Assembly: GCF_009914755.1 (NCBI RefSeq)
Contig: NC_060934.1
DNA from: the human T2T-CHM13v2.0 reference genome, Homo sapiens
Length of the DNA: 64,000 nt
Reading direction: 5' to 3' (one strand)
Positions 15,341-28,676 of the stretch are shown one piece after another (the first letter of the stretch is position 1; each line of letters starts with the position of its first letter). The notes below the pieces were generated by a model that made no database searches, was not told the origin of the DNA, and saw only the letters and a program-made list of their open reading frames with translations. The translations under genes were made by a program, and so were the position numbers.

Positions 15341-16979
15341 AGTCTTGGTAATGCACTTCCAAAATTTTTTATTAAGGCTATAATTAATTTTATATTTTTA
15401 TTTATAAAAATGAGTGATATATCACATTATATTTGAATATTTTTCTAATAGAAGACCTTATGGCTTAAAATTAAGTATTCTCTTTAATAATTATCATAAA
15501 TTTATAATTTAATAAGTGATTTATAACTGCACAATAACATAACAACAATTTTATGCTTAGGTAAAATTGTCTTTATTTTAAATTTAAGTAGTACAGCAAC
15601 TTTACATGGCTACCTAAACCACACAGTTATTAAGTGATATAATTGGGACTCTAATCCGGGGCTGTTTCTAAGTAATATGTTCATTTCTCTTTGAATTTAT
15701 AACTTGAATACATCTTTTTAAAAAATTATTAATTTTTAAAATTTAATTAATTAGTTAAGATACTCTCAATTTATTGAAGATTATGTGGTTCTTGTAACAC
15801 TAGATGGGTTAAAGTCATACTTTTGACTTCTATTATTTATGTGATTTTATGTGATCTTGGCCAGTCAGCCTTTTTTTGGTAAAAGGGGAATGATAATATC
15901 TCTCAAGAGTATTGCAAGATTCAAATGAAATTAAATGTGTTGAAAGCTTCTGTAAGAAATGTACACAGTACACAGAAGAATCTCCATTTTTATAATTTCT
16001 CAATTTTCCCTTTACATTTTCATTCTTACTGTCATCTGTCTCTCACTGATGCTGCTGCTTCTCATGTAGCCCCCCAAGTGCAGACTAGTTCTCACCCTCA
16101 GCGCTCTAACCACTGCCTCTAGAAGTAGAATAAGTGTCCTCTTGCAGAATACTTCTACTTCCTTCTCCTCAAACCCCTCCAGCTTGGAATCTCATACCAT
16201 TTGATTATATTGATCACTCTCCCAATGTTTAGTCACTTTCCCTCATTCTTTGAAGTCTTTACAACCTGACTTACTGCCATTATTTTGATATCTCATTTAA
16301 ATTACTTATCTTCTTTGACATTTGACCTCGTCATTTCCAACGTACTTGCTATCTTCAGTATCTAGCTATTCAATCTCATGATCTCAGCTCAAACCATGTT
16401 ATTACTCCTAATTGCAAATTTTTACAATCTAACTTTTAAGTTTCCTGCCTTCTGAACATTAACTTCTATCTTTCTAGTTCATTCCATTTACTACAACTTC
16501 AAAAATACTGTGACTCATCCTGGATCTACAATCTCATACAATATACAATACAGTCCTTATACAATTCTCAATCCAATAATCTCCACACATCCTTTACTTC
16601 TCAGCAAACCTACCTTCAAAACATTTAAATAATTTTTACTACTGCTGTTATCCACCCAGGCCTAGCCAACATCATGTCTCATCTGAATTTTTATCCCCCT
16701 TCCTGCTTCTGCATTAGCCCTCACCTTCAGTCTATTCTCAATACCCAAGCAAGAATATAACATAATATCACAGAGATCATGCCACTCTGCTCACTCACTT
16801 TTAAGGACTTCTAATTCCACTCTGAGTCATTATTGTACAGATTATACAGCTCTACTCATGCTCCCCACCAGGCACACCTCTTTGATCACAGCCCTGTTGC
16901 TCTTCCCCTTGTGCCTCTGTTCCATCTTTACTGCACCCAACACTTCCTGGTGCTCTTTGGGCAGCCTGGGAATTGTCTC

Positions 16980-17348
16980 TGTGTTAGTCCATTCGAGCAG
17001 CTATAACAAAATACCATAGACTAAGTAGCTTATAAATGACAGAAGTTTATTTTTCACAATTCTGGAAGCTAAGTCCCAGATCAAAGTGCTGACATATTCC
17101 GTATATGATGAGGCCCTATTTCCTAGTTCATAGACCCATCTTATTCTTCATATGGTGGAGTCATCATATGGTGGAAGGGACAAACCAATCCCCTCAGGCA
17201 TCCTTTATAAAGGCACCAATCTCCTTCATGAAGGCTCTGTATTCATGACATAATCACCTTCCAAAGACCTTAACTTTTAATAGTATCATACTGGAATTAG
17301 ACTTCAACGTATGAATTTGGGGGGGTTGTCAACATTCAGACCATAGCA
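16980..17348 (-). mobile_element. MLT1A-type MaLR LTR
   Basis: tgtgttagtccattcgagcagctataacaaaataccatagact...aacattcagaccatagca. Confidence 0.78.
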
Positions 17349-17433
17349 CTGTCACGTTAGATGCTTTGTACATGGTTTCTCTGACTGAAAACACCTGTCT
17401 TCAAATTCCCCCCTGGATTGTTTCCTTACCTCC

Positions 17434-17814
17434 TGGATTAGTTCCTTCTCATGCCGCTAATAAAAACATATCCTAGACTGGGTAATTTATAAAGGAAAGA
17501 AGTTTAATTGAGTCACAGTTCTGCACAGCTGGTGAGACCTCAGGAAACTTACAATCATGGTGGAAGGGGAAGCAATACATCCTTCTTCACATGGTGGCAG
17601 CAAGGAGAAGTGCCAAGCAAAATGGGGGAAAAAACCCTGATAAAACCCTCAGAGAACATGAGAACTCACTCATATCACAAGAACAGCAGCATGGGGGTAA
17701 CTGCCCCCATGATTCAATTGTCTCCCACCAGGTCCCTCCCATGACACATTAAGGGATTACGGGAACTACAATTCAAGCTTTAGATTTAGTGGGGGACCCA
17801 GTCAAACCACATCA
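17434..17814 (-). mobile_element. THE1C/D solo LTR
   Basis: gactgggtaatttataaaggaaaga...cagtcaaaccacatca; 5-bp TSD CCTCC/CCTTC. Confidence 0.87.
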
Positions 17815-18974
17815 CCTTCTTCAAGTCTTTCACTCAAATGCTACTGTCTCTGTCATGCCTTCCTTATTTCCCTACTTAAAATTGTATCTCCTTCTCGTGT
17901 TCTTTATTTGCTTTGTCTGCTTTACTTTCCTCCATAGCACTTAGCAACACTTAACATATTATATAGTTTAATTTTTTATGTTATTATATATCTCCTTCCA
18001 AGAGAATGTAAGCTCCAAAAAGGCATATATTTTTTTCTTTCCTTTTTTTCACAGGAAAAAAGGAAAGGCCCTGTGTTATATCCACAGGGCCTACAACAGA
18101 ATGTGGTACAAGGTAGGAGCTTAATGTGAATGAATGAATGTTAGTCTTATTACCTTTTAAGTTTACCTAATTTTCTAATTTTCTACATTTTCTACCTTCC
18201 TCCGTCCTTTCCACCTTCCTACCTCCTTTGGGATGTGCATACAGAAAGCAGCAACATTAAGGTAAGAAAGTTTAACCTTTGGATTAATATTAAAACCTTG
18301 AGACAGTTTTGCTTTTCTGTTGCCTTTAGCAAAACCACATTCCTGCTGCTGTCAGTTATGACGCACTGAGAAATCTTCAGAGACCTAAACTTTTTCCACA
18401 AGATGACTGGAGAAAAATAAATCACCAAATATCATAAAGATACTTGCATGTTTTGTAAGTGATTAATGACTGCTTTCTCATAACAGTAAAAACTATTTTG
18501 TTTTGTATGAGAGGATTTTTCACTCTAACTTTTAAAAAAATCATTACATACAAATATATCACATCAAACCCAAAAGCCATTGCTAGCACACTGGTTCCTG
18601 TCTTAATATTAAGTATGAGACAAAAGGCCTTTATCTTCCAGAAAGTTGTTTATAACATGCCAAATATGTGAACACCCAATAGTCAAAGGACATTATCTCT
18701 GTGATGCAATTTTGAAAGTTGGTAAAATAATTTTTTATCAATTTCATCCTACAAGCACATAATTTAAACCATTCTTTTAAAGTGGATTTTAGAAGATTGG
18801 AAGTTTTAGAAGTCAGTCCCTCCACAAAAACTGCCATTAAACTGCAAAAAATAAGAATTAACCTTTTTGGAACTCTGGATCCTAATCAGATAAATAACAA
18901 CCATTAGTAGAGTGCTTGATGCTATTGGTCTTTAGTAAGAAAGTGGCTGCATGCACACGCCAGATAACATCACT

Positions 18975-19800
18975 CATTCTTATTCACAAGAGTCAAAAAG
19001 TGAAAACAAACCTGTATGTGTGGATAAACAAAATGTGGCATGTACATACAAGGGAATATTATTTAGCCATAAAAAGGGAATGATGTTCTGATACATGTTT
19101 ACAACATGGATAAACCTTGAAAACATTATGCTAAATAAAATAAGCCAGACACAAAAGGACAAACAGTATATGATTCTACTTATATGAAAGATCATGAATA
19201 GTCAAATTCATGTAGAGGGAATGCAGATTGCATGTTTCCAGAGCATGGAGGCTGGGGCAAGGGGAATGAAGAATTAGTGCTTAATGGTACAGAACTTCTG
19301 TTTGATGTGATACAAAAGTTATGAAAACAGTGTTAATTATACAACATTGTGAATGTATTCAATATCACTGAGTTTTAGAATTGAAAATGATTAAATGGTA
19401 CCTTTTATGTTATGTATATTTACCACTGGGTAATAAAATTGTATTAATGTAGGTGAGGCAATTTTAACAGTTGTACCACTCTGGAGGAGGATATGATAAT
19501 GAAGGAGGCCATGCATGTGGAGGCAGGATATATTACATATATAATATATATTTATAATATATATAATTATATATATATTATATATACACATTATGTCAGG
19601 GTGTGTGTATATATATATTTTATATATATAAAAAAACATACACCCTGCCTCCACATACATGTAAGACATATATAGTAATATATGGTATATTATCATATAT
19701 AATATATATAACTATATATATATATATGGTAAATCTCTATCTTCCTCTTAATTTTTCTGTGAAACTGAAACTGCCCTAAAAAATTCAAGTCCTACAAAAA
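18975..19800 (+). mobile_element. L1MB 3' end followed by an L1MC 3' end with an AT-rich expansion
   Basis: ggataaacaaaatgtgg, aaccttgaaaacattatgctaaat; then gtaccactctggaggaggat...aatttttctgtgaaactgaaactgccctaaaaa. Confidence 0.72.
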
Positions 19801-20696
19801 TGAAAGTGAATTAAAGTACTTTTTCTGGAACAAATAAACTTAGCATAAATAGTTAAAATATTAAGAGTTGTAATTAAGGGAAATTTCCGCTCAATGTGAC
19901 TTCAACAGTTTAAAAAACGTATTACTACAATAAGACCACGGAGAGAGGAATTGGGAGACCCAGAATTGATTGGGTCAGAAATTGAAAATGATATTATCAG
20001 TGACCCAGGTTTGAATGTCTCTCTTCACAGCATTGACTTCACTAATGGATGTGACCTGGTTGGCAGCAGTAGCTTGGACAACATGCTTGTTTGCAGTGGG
20101 TGGTAGAGAGAGGCAGGTTTTGCTTTCCCAGAAACCCTGAAAAAGGTCATCAAACCTAAATTTCCTTAGCCTTCTTCTTCCATGAGCAAATCACTAGCAG
20201 ATGATTGCTAGCAAGGTGTTACTATTACAATGAACCCCTAAGTATCATAGAAAGAGTTAGTTTGGGGAAATATCCTCTCCACCACAATCTTAGTCATTTA
20301 AGTCAATTTAACAATATATTGAAATATTTTTCTTAGAAGTTTAAAGTTCCATTAAAGAGTAACGATTACAGAAATTATAGGTAGCCTTTAGTTCCACAAG
20401 TGACATCTCAAGAGGAAGATGATTCATCAATTTCAAACTTTCCTTGCAAGTAATACTGGATGAAAATTAACTTGGCAAACATAATTAATAATCATGGGTT
20501 ATTAATTACTTCCGCAAGGTGGGTGTGCTGATTTTAAAAGGCTTGAATAAAACATAAATTTCCTTAATTTGATACTGTAAATGGAGTAATTTGGTGATGT
20601 AAATGGAAATATTTAAGTGATTTTTGCGTCAGATCTTACAACTTAAAATATTTTTCTAAAATTAGTTTTTGTACCATCTCTCCAGCATGTTCCAGC

Positions 20697-21067
20697 CTAT
20701 ATCAGTCAGTCCAGGCTTCTATAACAAAATATTATGGACTGAATGGCTTACACAACAGACATTTCTTACAATTGTAGAAGCTGGAAAGTGCAAGATTAAG
20801 GTACTAGCAAATTTGTTTCCTGGTGAGGGTCTTCTTCCCGGTTTGCTGTATCCTCAAACAGCAGATAGAGAAAGAGAGAGAGAGAGCACTCTATAGACTC
20901 TCTTCCTGTTCTTATAAGGACACTAATTCCATTGAAGAGGGCCCTACACTCATGACTTTGTCTAAACCTAATTAATTCTCAAAGGCCTCACTTCCCAATA
21001 CTGTCACATTGTGGGGCAGGGCTTTAACATATGAAATTTGAAGGAAAAGGAATATTCAGTCTAGAAC
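20697..21067 (-). mobile_element. MLT1A0-like LTR
   Basis: ggcttctataacaaaatattatggactgaatggctta...ttaacatatgaaatttg. Confidence 0.75.
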
Positions 21068-21294
21068 AAAGCCCCATAAATTTCAAAAAGCTGTGGGACA
21101 GGAGGGAATGGGGATGGTATTCAATAGTACCACATCCAAGCAAGTCTTGTGTGGTTAAAACAAATCAATACAGTAACATGAAATTTTACACAGAAACCTA
21201 TCTAATTATAAATTGTATGCTTACCATAATCAACACTGTTATACATTGTTTTAAAAATACTTAATAATGTTTTTTGTTTAACCAAATAATAGAG

Positions 21295-21751
21295 GCATTA
21301 ACTAGTTTCCCAGTGCTGCCAAAAGAAATTGCTACAAAATTTGTGGCTTAAAATAGTAAAACAAACAAACAAACAAACAAAAAATTCTCTCTCAATTATA
21401 GGAGGCCAGAAGACCAAAATCAAGGTGGAGGCAGAGGCATACTTCCTCTGATGCCTCTAGGGAAGAATCCTTTCTTGCCTCTTCTAGCTTCTGGTGGCTC
21501 CTGGCACTCCTTGGCTTGTGACAGCATAACTCTAACCTTTGTCTCTATCTTCACATGACCTTGCTTGTGTTTCTGTGTCCCAACTACCCATGACTCACTC
21601 TAAATTCAGATGATCTCACCCTGAGTTCTTTAACTTTATTATATCTGTAAAGCTCCTATTTCAAAATAAGGTGACATTTACAGGTACTGGAATGGGAGAG
21701 GGTCTAGGACACAGACACTCCCTTATGAGGATACTACATGACCCATTACAA
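21295..21751 (-). mobile_element. MLT1C-like LTR
   Basis: ggaggccagaagaccaaaatcaaggtg, ctagggaagaatcctttcttgcctcttctagcttctggtggc. Confidence 0.75.
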
Positions 21752-23771
21752 GGCACAAAGTAATCACCATAGGCAAACCGCTAGTGAGAGCTCACTCCAG
21801 TTTGGAATATATTCATGTTTCTATGTAACAGAAAAATTCATCCTTGCTTCAGTTCATCTTGGCATCAGTACAAGGGTGGGATTCAGAGACATATAAGTGT
21901 GGAATACCAGATCCCACCACACTTAAAAAGCTGGCATACTAAGTTCATAAACAATGTAGAGTGTGAAGTTGAGTTGAAAATGCTTATGCCATACAGTTTA
22001 TGTATCTTATAATAGCCTTAATCACACTTCCAGTAATGTTCTCCACCACTGGATGCTAAAAAAATAAAGTTAGTTAAAGAATTAGATAGTATAAAAAATA
22101 TATATACCTCTTTGAGTGGAAAAATGCTGTCAGCACATTTTGTTATTTTATTCCATTGTATAAAGTCTCACTAGTGCCCTCTTCATAAATGTATTGAAGG
22201 TTTGGCTAAATTGTATCAAATTTGTGATTAAATACAAATGTGAATACTATAAAATATTACAAAGGACAATCTGTATACTATGCTATGCCAGTTTTACAAT
22301 TTTACAATGACTTACAGATGCCATAAATATTTACTTTAAGGGAGTAAAATAAGTTATAAAATCATATTTAAGGACACCTAAATCCTTGAATAAGTTTAAA
22401 ATGGTATTATTATTTACATATGAAGTCAGCTGACTATTGAAAGCTTATTTTTCAATAACAGAAATATATGCATCATCTAAAACACATATTCCAATATTTT
22501 CAAGAAACAAAATACTGAATTAAATCATCTGTATTTAAATGTTTATCTATTTTCGTTATAAATGTCCATGAAAATGCTTAAAATTGGTTTATTTGATCTA
22601 AAAAGTTAATATGCAATTTTTATTTTTAATATCATTTTTCCCATTTATTCTTTTCTAAATAACACGTTCATCCAAAGTAGATGACTGAAGAAACAAAATG
22701 CTGTTTTCTTTATGAACTTGTAATACATTTCAAAAATAATTAAGATATTGTTCAAGGTGTTGAAGTGTACAATATAACAAATTGCATTTGCAGTTGAATA
22801 GTAGCAGAGTAGAAGCTGAAAAAATAAATCATGTATCAAAGTAGCTTAAAACAGATGATAGCAGAGCAAAGAGTTTCCTGCCAACGCCCTCTAAACATCG
22901 GTTCTTTTAGGCTTTTGTGCTGGTATTAGGTTTCAGTTATAGACAAGACATATATATCTGACCTTTTCCTTTCCTTTTCTACACCTTGGAGTCAAAGTCT
23001 CCTATAAAAGGACATTTGCAGCAAGTATTTTCAGCTGGAGTAGGAGGAAAGGGCAGGAGTAGGAGAGCGTTATGATCACCTCTTGCCAAAGCAGTTTCAC
23101 TTGATTTGCAACTGGTGTTTGGTAAAGAATTTTGCTATGCAAAAATAGTGTCTTAATTGGATTATTTTAAGACAAAGTATGCATTTTTCATGTCGTACTA
23201 GTATTTTATTAATAAGGCTAGGGAAACCTACTAAATCCCTATACTAAAGTGAATTTGATTCTCTCCATAGAAACTTAAATCCTCAGGGTGATACAACTCA
23301 GTCCTTCTACTGCAGCAGCTCTTTTATAAATGCCTCCCAAAGCTCCAAGAAGGAACAAAGAATGTGACCAGTAAGCTCACACCATGAGTCTATATTGCAG
23401 AATATAGACTTTGTTCAACAAAACTGCAGATGCTCTGTTGAATCCACTGGAGATTGTCCTGATACTAAGGACAAGTATGTAAGTTAATGATTTTATTAAT
23501 TTTAACATTTTTAAATGTTTTCCTTTGGGGAATTCTAATTTATATATCAATATTCAGGTAATATTTGCTGAAAACACAAACTGAGAATCAAAATGATCTG
23601 CATTCACATTCTCATTTTCTATTATAACATAGAGACAACTACTTTATTATCTTTTTAGAGACTTTCGCAACTACTTTAGTTTCTTCCTAATTTTATAAAT
23701 TAATCTATCTCAAAAAACTTTGCTCAAAACAGTTAGTAATAGCTATCAACTTCAGAAAAAGTGAAACTTTA

Positions 23772-24145
<374 letters not shown>

Positions 24146-24659
24146 TTAGAAGGAAAATGAAATACAGAAATAATACATCTCATTTACACTTAATTAAAAA
24201 TAATATGAATTGTCACTATTTCCTATGAAAACATCTCATGCCAAGTTCTTTTATTAAGCTTGGATTTTAAATGTTATATTTGAGTTGAAACTGGTAGAAT
24301 CTTAGTAAAACTATAACAATAAGAAATTTTTATATTATATATGTAATATACAATAATCACATTTAATTCCATTTGTTAGTCTATTCTGATTCTTTAGCAG
24401 GTTGATTCATAATTTACCAACTTGGATCAGAAATATTTTCTATTCTTAGCTTTTGCTGTCAGCAGAGATAATAATAATATAGAGCCTGAACAACAAAGGA
24501 TTGTGTATTGTTTCAATTTAATTAAAGTTGATTCGCTGCTTTAAGAGAGACTCACATTTTATATTTTATATTTTTTAATTAAAAAGAGAATGTAGATATT
24601 TGCTTTTCCAAATTTCCCATAAGATAAGAAAAACATATTTTTTCTTAATTACACCCTTG

Positions 24660-24870
24660 CTAAGTCACGCTAGCTGCCTGACCTTGGACAAAATTCTTAA
24701 CCTCTTTGTGTCTCATTTTCAGTAACTGTGAATTAAAGATAATAACTGTAGTATATTTCTCAAGGGATTATTGTGGGAATTAAATAAAATAATCCTCTAA
24801 AATGCTTAGTACAGATTCTGGAACATAATAAGCAGAAAAAATTAATAACAATTATTATTTTTATTTACTG
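24660..24870 (+). mobile_element. MIR
   Basis: gctgcctgaccttggacaaaattcttaacctctttgtgtctcattttc...gggattattgtgggaattaaat. Confidence 0.75.
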
Positions 24871-25559
24871 TATTATGTGACATACTTTTTCTTTATGACC
24901 TTCAGGAGAATTTCTACTCATCTTAAAAATGTATATAGATATTGATCTGCAGAGAAATATATCTGTTATTTCAAGGTCTGTGGATTACATAATGGTCAAC
25001 TCTGATTGATTTACTGATTAAACAAAATTTTAAAACAAAAATAAAAATATTGCAGCTATGTTGGTTTTAACCATTCTAAACTCTGATGAAATTTGCTTTC
25101 TGTTTGGTTTGTGACTAGGAAGATAAACATTATTTATTAGGAATAAAAATTTCTGGTGTCTAAAAAATTTCAAGAGGAAAACTGTTAGATTCTATTACAA
25201 TTAAATCTGTTAAGATTTAATTGCAAATATGTAAATAATGCAAATATATCTTAGGGCACAATTTTTGTTCTCATTAACTTACCCATTTTACATTTTGAGA
25301 ACAGTAATAGATGAAATACTTGTCAAAGAGAAGATCTAAGATGGTTTAAAGAAAATATTAAATGAAATCAAACTTACTTGTCAAGCTCCATAGCACAACT
25401 TACAAGTCATAAATCACACTCTGTATGACAGCTACGGAAGGGATCTGGGTAGTAAAACAAAATGATGGATTTTATCTTTCCTGTTTTTGAGTTGTTTTTT
25501 TAAGAAAATCCTTTTCAGTAGATTTGTTAACAGTACATAATGAAAATCCTATAGGCATA

Positions 25560-27050
25560 GGCCCCCCAAAAAATCACAAGGTATACAACACTTGTGTCAT
25601 GCATCACCCAGAAAAAGAATCACATACAATCCCACAGCTCTGAAATACAGGAATCCATGATTCTTGAATGCAAACACAACCTACACAGCCTCTCTGTTTC
25701 CAAAGACATGCACTGAACCTCCCACATCTCCCAGAATACAAAATACAGAAGCCACATAAACTCAAATACACAAAGAACCACAAACTATTTTTATCAAATA
25801 CATATAAGTCCACCTCACGAACTCTGAGAACACACATATGAGTGGCAACACCAAATTCTGCGAGTATTTCACTTCACAACAGACACAGAGGACCACTAAG
25901 TCTTAATATACCCAAAACCCCTCATATACACACTCGCAAACTACCCATGAATACACACCCCACCCTCCCAGATAAAACCCATACAATGCAAAAAAAACCC
26001 CACAAAAACACCAATAATACTCTAATATACGCACACAACTTTCATATACCCATGGGCACATAAAAACTCACAAAAATATCCCCAATCCCTGAGTGTATAA
26101 ATCCCCCGAAACACTATCCAATCAATATGCTGCATCTCCAGAATACAACCTCCTCACCTCATCCCCTAAACATGCCCAAACACATGTACGAACATCCTAG
26201 CATTCTCCAAAGAAATACACTTTAAATACTAACAATCCCGTATTCTATAAATAGACTTAGATAATTCGTCTATCTGCTGATAAATATACACACAAACCAG
26301 CATATACACCCAAGATGCATGGAAATATCTCCAGCATATCATTTATAAATACCCATAAAAACACTTCCCAATCCCAAATTATCCCAATCTAGTATGAACC
26401 AGCTCCCACATTGCCAAGTACTAACCAATAACCATATCACATACCTCTAATACATATAAATTCAACTCTCCCACTCTCCTGTATAAAAAGAGAACCCCAT
26501 CTCTCTATCAGACACACACATACTAAATTCCCAGAATATATAACCCTAATAACCACTTACTGCAAAACAGAAGCACATAGCTCCACAAAACCTTCATCTA
26601 AACTGCCACGCCCTTAAATGCACACACAAACTCAATACTCATGTAGTTGTCTACATGCCCTAAATATACCCGTGATTAACTAACACGCCACAAATATGCA
26701 AACATGCCACCTCATATCCCCAAATACACATACAGTTCCACAATACTGCCCAGCCCAGTTATGACCTTCTTTAATCTGCAATCTCCACACAGACACAACC
26801 AACCCACACACGTGAATACATATTAGATTCTCACCAATTAAATACATATCAAATTCCAAACTAAGAATTCATATAAACACATTTTCACATACACAAAACC
26901 ACCCCCACAAATCTCACACCCTCCAAAATCCAAAATAAATCTTCCTGACATTCTCAAGAACACACTAACCCAACCACCCAAGATAACACATGTGTGTGCA
27001 GTAAATTTTAGATACATGTGTAGCCTACAATTTACAAATAATATACCACT
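25560..27050. repeat. ~1.5-kb C/A-rich, G-poor low-complexity tract
   Basis: Continuous acac/atac/cccc/aaa texture with strong strand skew and no fixed period. Confidence 0.8.
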
Positions 27051-27276
27051 ACTTTTTATTTGTAAATTCCACATAAGTAAGCGATTCTCATGGAAGCTTT
27101 TCTTGACTTTGGCCACACTCTTGCATCCACAACCAACTTGTGCTACCAAGTGAACAAACTATGACTAAAGGCCTGTTCTTCCACTTTGCAGCTGCTCCTA
27201 TCAGTGACAAATCAGCGTATTAGAACATGTATGCTGGCTGATCATTCTGATCAAGTCAACAAGCTTCACAACTTAC

Positions 27277-27620
27277 TCAATGAGGTCGTCCGTGAGAACT
27301 TCACTGTTTTACCAGGACAGGAGCTACTTCTTTGCTGAACTGCATCACGGTTTCAACTGCTGAGGTTTTCTTCAAGCTTTTGCATTGTTTGGAATGTGAA
27401 AGGCACGGCTGAGACACACTTCGGCATTCCCACTGCATTGTTACACCTCCCCCATCACTTCAGGTCCAGGTGAGCAAGGGAAAGAAGCGCGGCCTGGGCG
27501 TCCCGCAGGGCCCCCGCTAGGAAAGCTATGAACGCTCCCGCCTTGAGCGCAGCCACAGGCCTGCTCTGATCACAATGTGGGGTCGCCCCGCGGACACTGG
27601 TGACCAGTGGGAGCATGACC
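27277..27620 (-). promoter_or_regulatory. Small CpG cluster; candidate promoter and first exon
   Basis: About 11 CpGs in 27488-27592 in a CpG-poor background; TCCCGC at 27501 and 27536; minus-strand donor TGA|GTAAGT at 27277/27276. Confidence 0.4.
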
Positions 27621-27632
27621 AGGAGGTGATTA

Positions 27633-27895
<263 letters not shown>

Positions 27896-28455
27896 TCAAA
27901 ATGTATACATGTAAAATCTAACTGGGAATACTTTGTACCTACTTGTAGCCCAAGATTAAGTTTATTCTCAATTACTAGGAGGTTTGCACAATAGAGTACA
28001 TATTTAATCTGTATGACTAAAAGCCTCATTGTCAATGTGACTGTGTCATCATTATCACATTTGTGAATCTCCTGATTATAACTTTCACAGATGGTCTATC
28101 TACAGGGTTCTGGGATAAGAAACTTGCTGTCTGTCTACAGAGGAAGCTGTTTTCACTTCCAGATAGTTCTGAATATTTGAAAGTACTTGCTGATTCAGAG
28201 TCAAATTATGTCTTGCTGTAACATCCACAATTTCTGAACTTACATTTGAGATAAACCAAGATTAGACTAAACCATGCCTTCAAGTGACAGACTCTCAAAA
28301 ATGTGATGCATTTTTTTTCAAAAAAAACTGCACGTCCAGGATACTCTACCTGGACAAAAACATAGCTCTCATTAACCTTGTCCAGACATTAAACTTATAA
28401 GAGAAAATCATTATTTTCCTTGTAGCCAAATTATTCCGCTAAATTGTTTTTAGGC

Positions 28456-28676
28456 AGGATTAATAAACCTTTACTGTAAAGGGAAAGAGGCTAAGATCTT
28501 AGGTTTTGTGGGCCATATAATCTCTATACAACTATTCAACTCTGCTGTTGCAGTGAGAAAGCATTTATAGACGATACACAAATGAATGAGTGTGTCCATG
28601 CTGCAATAAAACTTTATTTACAAAACCAGTCTATTGGCTGGATATGGCTTGCAGGCCATACTTTGCCAACCCTTGG
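28456..28676 (-). mobile_element. MER58A (hAT-Charlie)
   Basis: ctgtaaaggg...ttaggttttgtgggccata...caataaaactttatttacaaaa...tttgccaaccc. Confidence 0.8.

Larger units (their letters stand above)
16600..18140 (+). mobile_element. L2 3' region carrying two MaLR insertions
   Basis: catagcacttagcaacac, agaatgtaagctcc, and terminal gaatgaatgaatg. Confidence 0.7.

Noticed and set aside
26838-27480. Processed-pseudogene-like reading frames on the minus strand
   Set aside because: Stops in all frames, no parent recognised, no clear poly(A) tail or TSD.
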